A stretch of DNA of 64,000 nt from an uncultured Cytophagia bacterium (GTDB taxonomy: Bacteria > Zhuqueibacterota > Zhuqueibacteria > Oleimicrobiales > Geothermoviventaceae), in contig CAZXXS010000056.1 in NCBI GenBank assembly GCA_964644845.1, positions 1 to 64,000 of the forward strand, read 5' to 3'. Position numbers and translations under genes: made by a program. Positions 17,901 to 24,967 of the stretch are shown one piece after another; within the stretch, counting starts at the first letter, position 1, and each line of letters begins with the position of its first letter. A model generated the notes under the pieces. The model was not told the DNA's origin. It saw nothing but the letters and a program-made list of their open reading frames with translations, and did not search any database.

Positions 17901-19562
17901 GTGAGTCAGCCAGCGGGAGCAGCTCTCTACCGGGAAGCGAAGTACCGCGCTGTACGCTGGCTTTCGCAGCACGGTCTTTCGAACAAGGTTCGAATCAAAC
18001 TGGGCAGCGGTGAACCGGCCCAGAGGCAGGGCGGCTACTACGACCGTGAATCGGGTCTCCCGGCTGTGCTCACGACACGGTCTGCTCGAAAGCGCCTGGC
18101 GGAGCACCTCAACGATGCTGAACAGAAGGCAGCCGAGCGAGCCCGAACCCCTTTGCAGGGCATCCTGGCTGGAGGCGAGTTCCGCACTTTCCAGAGCAAC
18201 CTGGCGGAGCGTTTGCGTCACCTTTCCGTAGACGAGCGGGCACGCATTCTTTTTCACGTTCGGGAGAGCCAGCGCTTTCACGAAACAGAGCTTCGACGTG
18301 CTGCTGCGGCACTCCAAAAGACACGTCTGCGCTTCCTCGAACGGGGTTTGCAGGAACTGGAACTGCTGACCCTTGGTCGTAAGGACGAAGTCTACGACAG
18401 ATTTCTGGAATCTGTGCGTGAGCATTTCCGGCAGATCCTCTACGGCCGGCCGGAAGATGTGGTTGGTCTGCACGTGATTTCCTACTTTGTGTCCAGGGCC
18501 ATTCCGGCGCTGCGCGATCGACCGGTAGTGCGCCCGAGCCGCGAGGTGGGGCAAGGCAGAGAGCGAGAAATCGTGGGACGACTGGCTCAAACCCTGCCGC
18601 TGGCGAAACACGGCAGCTTGCTCCGAGCCATCGGCCACAATCGCGCACAAACGGTGATTCTGGGGGTCAACCAGCTCACCACTGGCCTTTTCCGGGCCTT
18701 GCAGCAGTTCGTGGAATCGGCGTCCAGTCCCGCGGAGGCCACCCAGATTCTGGAGGAGCGGGTTTTCCCGAATCTCCCTGTCAGAGACATCTTGAACACA
18801 CTCCGGCTCTACCACGATCCTCACCTAACCTGGGTGAGACGACTCGAAGCGGCCTTTCCGGCCGGGAACTCTGCCTTTGTGGCCCTGCGCGAAGACAACG
18901 ACGCCCTGGAAACCTTCATTCCGGCTTTGCAACGGGAACTGCTGCGGCAAAACGGGCTTCTGCTGGAGGGATTCCTGGAAAATGGGCGCGTGAAGCAAGC
19001 TGTGCTTCCGGCGCTTCGTCCGGACCTGGCCGTGCTGCTTCAGCGAAACCTTTTCAACACGGACCCAGCCGGTTTACTGGCAGAGGCCAGGAGCCCGGTG
19101 GACGCGTCCTGGCGCCGGAAGGTTGAAGCGATGCTGCGGATGCGGCAACGGGTCTTCGCCTGGCGGGCTGAGATTTGGAAGATCATCGAGGAGCCGATTC
19201 GTGGACAGGTGGAAAGCTTCGTCGGCCTTGCGCTTGCCATCAGCAAGCTGTCGGAGGGGAAATCCGTTGCGGATGTTCCGCTGGTGGCCGCCCCAGCGGA
19301 CGTTTACCGCCTCGGCTCGCAAATTGCTGGCTTGCTGCGCCGCACCACCGACGACGCCATGCGGCAGTTCTTGATTGCGGCCGTGCAGTACTTGACCCAC
19401 CTGCCAAAGACGGCCACCGAAGTTCCGCTGGACGTCATCCGGGCTCTGCGCGACGTGGAACGAATCGTAAAAATCGAGGGTCAGGCCCTGACAGAGGAGC
19501 AGTTGGCCAGGGTTCGATTCTACGTTCTCCAGATTGCGCGGCTTTGCAAGGAGAACGGGTAG
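13899..19562 (+). CDS. Giant multidomain protein: degenerate aminotransferase-like domain + class-I PLP aminotransferase domain + divergent PEPC-like domain
   Basis: Single 1887-codon ORF. The GTG start sits 7 nt after the SPFH stop. It contains a central class-I PLP aminotransferase domain, a degenerate copy at the N-terminus and a C-terminal domain related to phosphoenolpyruvate carboxylase (PEPC). Domain motifs are listed in the three sub-features. Confidence 0.6.
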   Translation: MVSQILTNSSADVDLFALRPFAAAKVSEISEATALSRVPPQERVNFHIGNPVQDARLILAYKTLLLGRANGEALDLSDLQTLAGDLDIEPRLTPFLELVLRSVDRSVTYLPRGGFSRHDPGPLAPLVRKWLLERQEEPLSYDLGVDSGRRELTFASGGRWEALRVLFATLNEHLVARPAVVLLWGLDLPRHLLTFENLRLVRLDASASVANALRESLESASTSPHFVLLGAVPPERERRRLRFLALERPVRIIETSNAPNHLSLAREAGLAELVLRILTPDFFLPQLGALSLAVVLGNSELLTAFEKMHFQLKGTPSGPEIELLAFALQHPDLFTRQPWEPAVWKAPTETVAASVTDATVPAAEKLALALSGYLAQVEAFATRASSFVDAVSQRVEERAQRVSQSGEAVFSRASRPFVGGRGHFDPLGHATFAELLEQLANRISDPEWERDLEAAFLAAFVAQHPEYEHEACFALSGSARTALSLLGFHAGVSDVVVPDLSWTYENCFPNVTAVPLSPELELDVAKIRRAVREKLATDANWKEHGAVVLNNPHNATGKAFREDAVEELLLWALENGVRVVDDLSYENVGPWDHLSGPRTARQIASNLVRTGRLPREALKNLVTVHSLSKTDCFAGARLAVVEILDRDLRQRFAAVAKTIRPNHLAILLAYLFYRNPPDRVRSYWLLRNRVLAERMTALEEAVRELPVERNPYGLRVVRPRASMYPRLEVQRLPSGVSLDWIATSLANRGIGLIPFSTFARTAQGFDLAHRSFRLTLGGGDSTTALQRKMRRTLIDLNRVLGDEESRYNLRVPRSTGVAVASVRSGHVEERWNEVEKHLAKRVDVHFRDLRRRFGKDFGHHQRAEFLESYVPKRLGHFRRMLDAELKVEELLRGTSEAQPRVILELLESELQTPTLSDRREAFRRRLFDRTVHPTQVYSVQVDVQARRLVHRVAEGQAFDARQLNTLAREMVREFLGENVPVTSKAEARELVCDLRTLVQTEDYLRFQFGEEEPLLLSFWGDWDGSTRPSGQGHRLSAAALLEDVRQLAALLRTATTLGVDLAVPTEVAEAVQRLEEHNQAFWRLLDDITDLTSQLEQRYLRVLPFDVRTGAFRRLGMRLRLARDPLAALWQHNDRLERRMLKLRRDRRASLEFYLKLDQALREVLARNLDRLEPLLKHPAGARVLARYRDVLRRFALTPRIHQRIIVAHDQFAIDTTVHNLVEINRLAVRYGVPGMIFGIQISMSTDPEALVALDRKIRAERLAAQRRHGGPQAPAVWVIPLFEDLDSVHNLDKYLDRVWDYAVQSRRAGQPAADRFSEIICEIFVAGSDLSQQVSQPAGAALYREAKYRAVRWLSQHGLSNKVRIKLGSGEPAQRQGGYYDRESGLPAVLTTRSARKRLAEHLNDAEQKAAERARTPLQGILAGGEFRTFQSNLAERLRHLSVDERARILFHVRESQRFHETELRRAAAALQKTRLRFLERGLQELELLTLGRKDEVYDRFLESVREHFRQILYGRPEDVVGLHVISYFVSRAIPALRDRPVVRPSREVGQGREREIVGRLAQTLPLAKHGSLLRAIGHNRAQTVILGVNQLTTGLFRALQQFVESASSPAEATQILEERVFPNLPVRDILNTLRLYHDPHLTWVRRLEAAFPAGNSAFVALREDNDALETFIPALQRELLRQNGLLLEGFLENGRVKQAVLPALRPDLAVLLQRNLFNTDPAGLLAEARSPVDASWRRKVEAMLRMRQRVFAWRAEIWKIIEEPIRGQVESFVGLALAISKLSEGKSVADVPLVAAPADVYRLGSQIAGLLRRTTDDAMRQFLIAAVQYLTHLPKTATEVPLDVIRALRDVERIVKIEGQALTEEQLARVRFYVLQIARLCKENG
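15250..16300 (+). other. Domain: class-I/II PLP-dependent aminotransferase domain with intact catalytic motifs
   Basis: Motifs found: ALSGSARTALSLLG; VVVPDLSWTYE; NNPHNATGKAF (NPxNPTG-like); VVDDLSYENV (Asp and Tyr); HSLSKTDCFAGARLAV (SxSK...GxRxG with the PLP lysine); and a C-terminal FRLTLGGG arginine. Confidence 0.65.
17500..19562 (+). other. Domain: phosphoenolpyruvate carboxylase (PEPC)-like C-terminal domain, divergent
   Basis: Blocks collinear with PEPC signatures:
- IIVAHDQF aligns with TAHPTE (His retained).
- IQISMSTDPEALVAL aligns with YVISMAxxxSDVLAV.
- VIPLFEDLDSVHN aligns with VxPLFETxxDLxN.
- EIFVAGSDLSQ aligns with VMxGYSDSxKD (Lys absent).
- RIKLGSGEPAQRQGG aligns with FHGRGGxxGRGG (arginines largely absent).
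- The protein ends in -ENG where PEPC ends in -NTG. Confidence 0.5.
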
Positions 19563-19613
19563 GCCATCCTGGATCCTTGGGGGTTGCACCGCGAGTTCCA
19601 GCCTCGCAAGCCC

Positions 19614-19642
19614 TTTGACAAATCCCTCTGCATTCCTTATCT
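19614..19642 (+). promoter_or_regulatory. Candidate sigma-70-type promoter (TTGACA-N17-TATCTT) for the GntP permease gene
   Basis: TTGACA at 19614-19619, a 17-nt spacer, and TATCTT at 19637-19642. This is about 50 nt upstream of the ATG at 19693 and its GGGAGG ribosome-binding site. Confidence 0.4.
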
Positions 19643-19692
19643 TCGCTAAACGTTGGCTGAGGCTACGCGTACCGCGACGAGGGAGGCACGAG

Positions 19693-21012
19693 ATGCTGAC
19701 GGTTGTCGGTCTGGTTGTGGTCGTGGCACTCATCATTCTTGCCGCCACCAGGTGGAAGGTTCACCCGTTCCTTTCGCTGTTGATCGCCGGTGTAGTCATG
19801 GGCTTCCTGGGTGGCCTGGATGCTTCCACGACGCTGGCAAAGCTCACCGAAGGTTTCGGCAGCACTCTGAAGGCCATCGGGATTGTCATTGCTTTTGGTA
19901 CCATCATCGGTACGTTTTTGGAGCGGAGCGGCGGTGCCGCCACGATGGCCGAAAGCGTGCTTCGTGTGGTCGGTGAGAGACGAGCACCTCTGGCCATGTC
20001 GATTACGGGATTCATCGTTTCGATTCCTGTTTTCTGTGACTCGGGTTTTGTGATCTTGTCGGCGCTGAATCGGGCTCTGAGTCGTCGGACGGGAATTTCT
20101 CTGGCTGTGCTGGCGGTGGCGCTGGGAACGGGACTGTACACGACACATGTTTTCGTGCCGCCTACACCCGGGCCGTTGGCTGCGGCTGCCACACTGGGGG
20201 CCGATGTTGGCCTTGTGCTGTTGCTCGGTCTTTTGGTCTCGGTCCCGGTTGCTGCGGTTGGTCTTGGTTGGGCGCTTTTTTACGCCAAACGTTTTCGGAT
20301 CGAGCCTGGTGCGGCGGGGCAGTCCTCGACCAGCTCGGCTAGACCTTCGGCCAGTTTCGCTTTTGCACCCATCGTGGTGCCGATCCTGTTGATCGCTCTG
20401 CGTTCGGTTGCGGACTACCCTGCGCATCCCTTTGGCAGTGGGCTTGTGAAGGCGAGTCTGGACTTCATTGGCCACCCTGTGATCGCTTTGCTGGTTGGTG
20501 TGGGGTTGGGCTTCAGCCTCGCACGCAGGTCCGCAGGCGGTAAGCAGCTGGGCTGGGTTACCGACGGACTCCGGGACGCGGGCGTGATCATCTTGATTAC
20601 GGGCGCGGGTGGTGCATTCGGCAACGTGCTACGCGCAACTGGCGTGGGGCAAACAATCGGAGAGGCCGCTGCGCACTGGCACCTGGGGCTTCTGCTCCCG
20701 TTTGCAATTGCGGCGCTTCTGAAAACGGCTCAGGGCTCGTCAACCGTCGCCATCATTACAACATCGGCGCTGATGGTACCGCTTCTTCCTTCACTTGGTC
20801 TCGATTCCGAGCTTGCCAAGGCACTGGTTGTGCTGGCCATCGGCGCGGGCTCGATGACGGTGTCGCATCTGAACGACAGTTACTTTTGGGTTGTCGCGCA
20901 GTTTTCGGACATGGACACGGCCACAGCGCTCCGGGCCCACACGCTGGCAACTCTGGTGCAGGGACTGGTCGGTGCCGGGACCGTGGCGTTGTTTGGGGCG
21001 GTGCTGCTCTAA
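19693..21012 (+). CDS. GntP-family (gluconate:H+ symporter-type) permease
   Basis: A 439-aa polytopic membrane protein with GntP-like N-terminal helices (MLTVVGLVVVVALIILAATRWKVHPFLSLLIAGVVMG) and a duplicated-domain layout. GGGAGG lies 7 nt upstream of the ATG at 19693. The track ORF begins at 19534 with a non-membrane leader that I excluded. Confidence 0.7.
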   Translation: MLTVVGLVVVVALIILAATRWKVHPFLSLLIAGVVMGFLGGLDASTTLAKLTEGFGSTLKAIGIVIAFGTIIGTFLERSGGAATMAESVLRVVGERRAPLAMSITGFIVSIPVFCDSGFVILSALNRALSRRTGISLAVLAVALGTGLYTTHVFVPPTPGPLAAAATLGADVGLVLLLGLLVSVPVAAVGLGWALFYAKRFRIEPGAAGQSSTSSARPSASFAFAPIVVPILLIALRSVADYPAHPFGSGLVKASLDFIGHPVIALLVGVGLGFSLARRSAGGKQLGWVTDGLRDAGVIILITGAGGAFGNVLRATGVGQTIGEAAAHWHLGLLLPFAIAALLKTAQGSSTVAIITTSALMVPLLPSLGLDSELAKALVVLAIGAGSMTVSHLNDSYFWVVAQFSDMDTATALRAHTLATLVQGLVGAGTVALFGAVLL

Positions 21013-21204
21013 CCCTCGATCGGGAAGGCCAAAACGAGACGCACGGGCGGTAGGCGAATTGCGGGATCGGCGGTCGCCTGCCTCCTGAACGGGTGGACCA
21101 GGGAACTGCAGAACGTGGCTGTAAGTTGGGAATGGGCTTAGGGAGCTGCTCAGTGGTGCGCCTTGAAGCGGAATCTGCGCTGCTGGTGTCACTCGTTCGA
21201 CTGA

Positions 21205-21945
21205 GTGCTTTGTTCACAAGCAACGAGGAACGCTTTGAAACTCATCCTTTTCGACATCGACGGGACGCTGCTGCACTCTGGAGGCGCAGGGAAAGACGCC
21301 ATGATCCGCGCCTTCGAGGAGGTTTTTGGTGTGCGCGATGGTTTTGCTGGCATCCACATGTCGGGAAAGACCGACCCGGGTATTCTTCGGGAGGCCCTGG
21401 AACAAGCCGGTCTCCGCTGGGACGAAGAAGCTGTAGGGCGTTTTAAGAAACGTTACTTTGAGCTGATCGGTGAGGAGCTTCGCAAGCCGCGCCCTTCACA
21501 GAAGCTCATGCCTGGTGTTCGGCAGCTGTTGGATACGCTGAAAGCTCGCCGCGACGTAGTACTCGGGTTGCTGACCGGTAACTGGCGTGAGAGTGGTTTG
21601 GCCAAGCTGGCCCATTTCGGAATCGACGGTTTCTTCGAAATTGGGGCGTTTTCCGATGATTCGGAAAACCGCGAGGAACTGCTTCCTTTTGCGCTGGAGC
21701 GACTTCGAAGCCGGAGAGGTGTTGAGTTGGGGCCCCGTGACGTTTGGCTGGTGGGCGACACCCCCAGAGACGTGGCCTGCGGCATCGTGCACGGGGCGCA
21801 CGTGCTTGGTGTGGGAACCGGACGTTACACGGAAGAGGAGCTGCTTCGTGCGGGCGCGACGCGCACCGTGCCAGATCTAAGCAACACGCGAAGAGTTGTT
21901 GAACTCTTGACAGAAGAGTTTGGAGGTGATGGTGCAGAGAACTGA
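21205..21945 (+). CDS. HAD-superfamily hydrolase (phosphoglycolate/sugar-phosphate phosphatase-like, subfamily IA)
   Basis: Motif I LILFDIDGTLL is present. Later motifs are LLTGNW, K...GDTPRDV and GIVHGAHVLGVGTG. The start codon is non-ATG and its exact position is uncertain. Confidence 0.75.
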   Translation: MLCSQATRNALKLILFDIDGTLLHSGGAGKDAMIRAFEEVFGVRDGFAGIHMSGKTDPGILREALEQAGLRWDEEAVGRFKKRYFELIGEELRKPRPSQKLMPGVRQLLDTLKARRDVVLGLLTGNWRESGLAKLAHFGIDGFFEIGAFSDDSENREELLPFALERLRSRRGVELGPRDVWLVGDTPRDVACGIVHGAHVLGVGTGRYTEEELLRAGATRTVPDLSNTRRVVELLTEEFGGDGAEN

Positions 21946-22921
21946 GCTTGGTAACTCGGGAATCCACGTTTCCGTAGTCGCGCTCGGTACGTGGCCGATG
22001 GTTGGCGACGCAAACTGGGGACCGCAAGACGAGCAGGACTCGATTACGACGATTCGGCGGGCACTGGACCTTGGAATCAACTTTTTCGACACCGCGGAGG
22101 CTTACGGAAACGGCTTTGCGGAGACGCTTTTGGGCAAGGCCCTTGGCGATCGCCGGAGCGAAGCTGTGATCGCAAGCAAAGTCTCGCCGGACCACCTTCG
22201 GTACGACGACGTCAAAAGAGCCTGCGAGGGTAGTCTGAAGCGCCTCAACACTGAGTGGATTGATTTGTACCAGGTCCACTGGCCGAACCACACTGTACCG
22301 TTCGAAGAGACATTTCGGGCGCTGTTGGATCTGCAGCGGGAAGGGAAAATTCGGGTCATTGGGGTGTCGAACTTCGGCGTGCGGGATCTACAGGACGCTC
22401 TTGCCCTGGCACCGGTGCAATCGAATCAGCTGCCGTACAGCCTCCTGTGGCGGGCCATCGAGTACGACATTCAACCTCTTTGTGTGAAGAAGCGCGTAAG
22501 CATTCTTTGCTACAGCCCTCTCCTGATGGGCTTGCTGACGGGTAAGTTTCGCTCTGCGGACGACGTGCCGCCCGGTAGGGCCCGCACGAGACATTTCTCG
22601 ACAACGCGGCCGCTGGCCCGTCACGGGGAGCCTGGTCAAGAGAAACTGACCTTCGAGACTGTGGCGAAAATTCGAGCTGTGGCCGAGCGTCTGGCTGTGC
22701 CGATGGCGGACCTGGCTTTGGCCTGGTTGCTTCAGCAACCCGGGGTTGCCTCCGTGCTGGTGGGTGCCAGGAACCCGAGGCAGTTGCAGGAGAACGCGCG
22801 GGCTGCGGACTTGAGTTTGTCAGACGACATTGTTCAGGAGCTGTCGGCCATTACGGACGCGCTCAAAGAGGCGTTCGGGCCGAATCCGGACATGTGGCAG
22901 GCGAAATCGCGCTACCGGTAG
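21920..22921 (+). CDS. Aldo/keto reductase family oxidoreductase
   Basis: ELGNSGIHVSVVALGTWPMVGD...LDLGINFFDTAEAYGNGFAETLLGKAL is the canonical AKR N-terminus. The ORF starts inside the last 26 nt of the HAD gene, so the two are likely co-transcribed. Confidence 0.8.
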   Translation: MEVMVQRTELGNSGIHVSVVALGTWPMVGDANWGPQDEQDSITTIRRALDLGINFFDTAEAYGNGFAETLLGKALGDRRSEAVIASKVSPDHLRYDDVKRACEGSLKRLNTEWIDLYQVHWPNHTVPFEETFRALLDLQREGKIRVIGVSNFGVRDLQDALALAPVQSNQLPYSLLWRAIEYDIQPLCVKKRVSILCYSPLLMGLLTGKFRSADDVPPGRARTRHFSTTRPLARHGEPGQEKLTFETVAKIRAVAERLAVPMADLALAWLLQQPGVASVLVGARNPRQLQENARAADLSLSDDIVQELSAITDALKEAFGPNPDMWQAKSRYR

Positions 22922-23111
22922 CAATGCGGTTTCGCGCCGGGTCGAGCTGGCCAAAGTTCGATTTGCCGAAACATCCGGAACGTGCAAATTTGGGAGAGGG
23001 CGGACTTTCCAGTCGGGACCTAAGCACAAGAGGCTCCGCGGTGCGGAAACGCTGCTCTCGCGGCGTGTCCGCTGAACGCCAGCCCGTCTGGAAAAATCAG
23101 AGGCCTGCATT

Positions 23112-23624
23112 TTGTACGGGACCAGCAAGCGCAAGACGAACGATGACGGAATCAGGCACCGGTTCAGAGTGCGGGTGACAAACGTAGCAGGACGGTGGTC
23201 TGGCAAAGCGAAGTCACGTTTGGGGATCGGGCTGGCACTTGCTCTGGTGACACCTCTGGGTTTTGCGTTCAAGTTTTACCGCGGTCCCTGGCACGTGTGG
23301 TTCAACGATTACGGCGCAGGACTCCTGTACGAAGTTTTCTGGATTCTGGTTTTCCTTTTTCTGTGGCCCACACGGCACGCACTGCGGCGCATTGCCGCGT
23401 GGGTTTTCGGGGTAACTTGCGCGCTCGAGACGCTGCAGCTGTGGCACCCGCCTTTCCTGGAGGCCATTCGCAGCACATTTCTGGGCCGCGCGCTGATTGG
23501 AACGAGCTTCGTCTGGTGGGATTTCCCGCACTACGTGGTTGGAACCGCACTTGGCTACGCCCTTGGACTCCTGCTGCTTGACAGGCATCTCGAACGCGAA
23601 CTCGAGCGTGACCAAGCTGGTTAG
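23112..23624 (+). CDS. Small integral membrane protein, DUF2809-like
   Basis: A 170-aa ORF with 4-5 predicted TM helices and an FKFYRGPWHVWFNDYGAGLLYEVFWIL motif. Family assignment is from memory and tentative. Confidence 0.4.
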   Translation: MYGTSKRKTNDDGIRHRFRVRVTNVAGRWSGKAKSRLGIGLALALVTPLGFAFKFYRGPWHVWFNDYGAGLLYEVFWILVFLFLWPTRHALRRIAAWVFGVTCALETLQLWHPPFLEAIRSTFLGRALIGTSFVWWDFPHYVVGTALGYALGLLLLDRHLERELERDQAG

Positions 23625-23815
23625 AAAGAAGACAACGGAGTCGATTTGCCGGCGTTTTGGACGGAGCGTGCCTGTCGGCAATTCATCTGTGTTTTCGAGC
23701 AAAGAGCTGGTGAACGAGAGGCTTCAGACCCGGTGTTTGCGGTGGACTGAGACCCGAACGGTGGGAGAATCTGGTCCGGCGAACGAAGGCACAGAAAATA
23801 AGGAGGAGGGTAGGG

Positions 23816-24967
23816 ATGCGCGAGCAACAGACGGTGTCGCGGCGAGAATTTGTGCGAAGAACCCTTGCGGGTGGATTGGCACTGGCCATTCCGCACGTGG
23901 CGAAGGCAAACGCTGACGGCCAGCGTAAAGAGCCTCCGCGTGTGCAGTACCGGACACTGGGACGAACGGGTTTGAAGGTGTCGGTGGTTGGTTTTGGGGC
24001 CATGCGAACGTCTGACCCTAACGTGATTCACCACGCGCTTGACCTCGGGGTGAACTACATCGACACGGCGTGTTGCTACATGGACGGCAACAACGAAGTG
24101 ATCGTTGGCACTGTCCTCAAAAGCCGCCGTGACGACACGTACATTGCTACCAAGGTGCACATTGCTTCTGAGAAGAAAATGATGGCCTCGGTGGAACGTA
24201 GCCTCAAGCGTCTACAGACCGATGTTATCGATGTCATCCAGCTGCACAGCATGAAGAAGCGCGAGCACGTGCTGAATGAAACAGCCATGAACGCGCTCGA
24301 CAAGATGCGCAAGAAAGGCTACGTGCGTTTCGTGGGTTTTTCTACGCACAAGAATCAGGTGGAGTGCATCGACGCTGGCATCGAGTCTGGCTTTTACGAC
24401 ATGGTCCTGGTGACTTACAGTTTCAAGACGGACCCGGAGATCGAAAAAGCGATCGCACGAGCTGCCAAAGCGGGGATGGGTGTGGTGGCCATGAAGACCC
24501 AGGCTGGTGGTTACAAGAAGCATGATCTGGGTGACTGGAGCCCTCATCAAGCGGCGCTGCGGTGGGTCCTGCGGAATCCGAACGTGGCTACAACGATCCC
24601 GAGCATGGTCAGCTTTGCCCAGGTGGACGAAAACGTAGCTGTGATGGGTACGAAATTCGGGGCTCGCGACGCCAAGGCGCTGGAACGCTACGGACAGCTC
24701 CTGGACCACGAGATTTGTCGGTTTTGTCAGGACTGCGATGACCGGTGTCCGGCAGGTGTTTCTCTGATCGATGTCAACCGCGTGTTGATGTACGCGGACG
24801 GCTACGGTGACTTGGATTTAGCGCTTCGCACGGCTAAACAGGAAGGCACCGCGGAAACTCTGCAGGCGTGTGCGGCTTGTTCAGAGTGTCTGGTGAGATG
24901 CGATTACGGGCTCAATTTGAGCGAACGAGTGCGGCGTGTGCGGGAACTTGTTGGAGCGATGGCATGA
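23816..24967 (+). CDS. Tat-exported aldo/keto reductase with Cys-rich (Fe-S-like) C-terminal extension
   Basis: Twin-arginine signal (SRREFVRRTLAGGLALAIPHVAKA), an AKR core (RTLGRTGLKVSVVGFGAM...LDLGVNYIDTACCYMDG), and a C-terminus carrying CRFCQDCDDRCPAG...CAACSECLVRC with two Cys clusters. Confidence 0.7.
   Translation: MREQQTVSRREFVRRTLAGGLALAIPHVAKANADGQRKEPPRVQYRTLGRTGLKVSVVGFGAMRTSDPNVIHHALDLGVNYIDTACCYMDGNNEVIVGTVLKSRRDDTYIATKVHIASEKKMMASVERSLKRLQTDVIDVIQLHSMKKREHVLNETAMNALDKMRKKGYVRFVGFSTHKNQVECIDAGIESGFYDMVLVTYSFKTDPEIEKAIARAAKAGMGVVAMKTQAGGYKKHDLGDWSPHQAALRWVLRNPNVATTIPSMVSFAQVDENVAVMGTKFGARDAKALERYGQLLDHEICRFCQDCDDRCPAGVSLIDVNRVLMYADGYGDLDLALRTAKQEGTAETLQACAACSECLVRCDYGLNLSERVRRVRELVGAMA

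Noticed and set aside
16359-18824. 212-aa and 313-aa minus-strand ORFs inside the giant multidomain ORF
   Set aside because: Antisense shadows. The plus frame carries the aminotransferase and PEPC-like motifs continuously, with no stop for 5.6 kb.
19495-19530. GGTTCGATTC T-loop-like motif suggesting a tRNA
   Set aside because: It lies inside the 3' end of the giant CDS. No acceptor stem or anticodon arm can be drawn. It reads in frame as ...ARVRFYVLQ...
19534-19692. N-terminal 53-codon extension of the GntP ORF in the six-frame track
   Set aside because: The extension is non-hydrophobic and overlaps the candidate promoter. The ATG at 19693 has a GGGAGG ribosome-binding site and begins the first TM helix.
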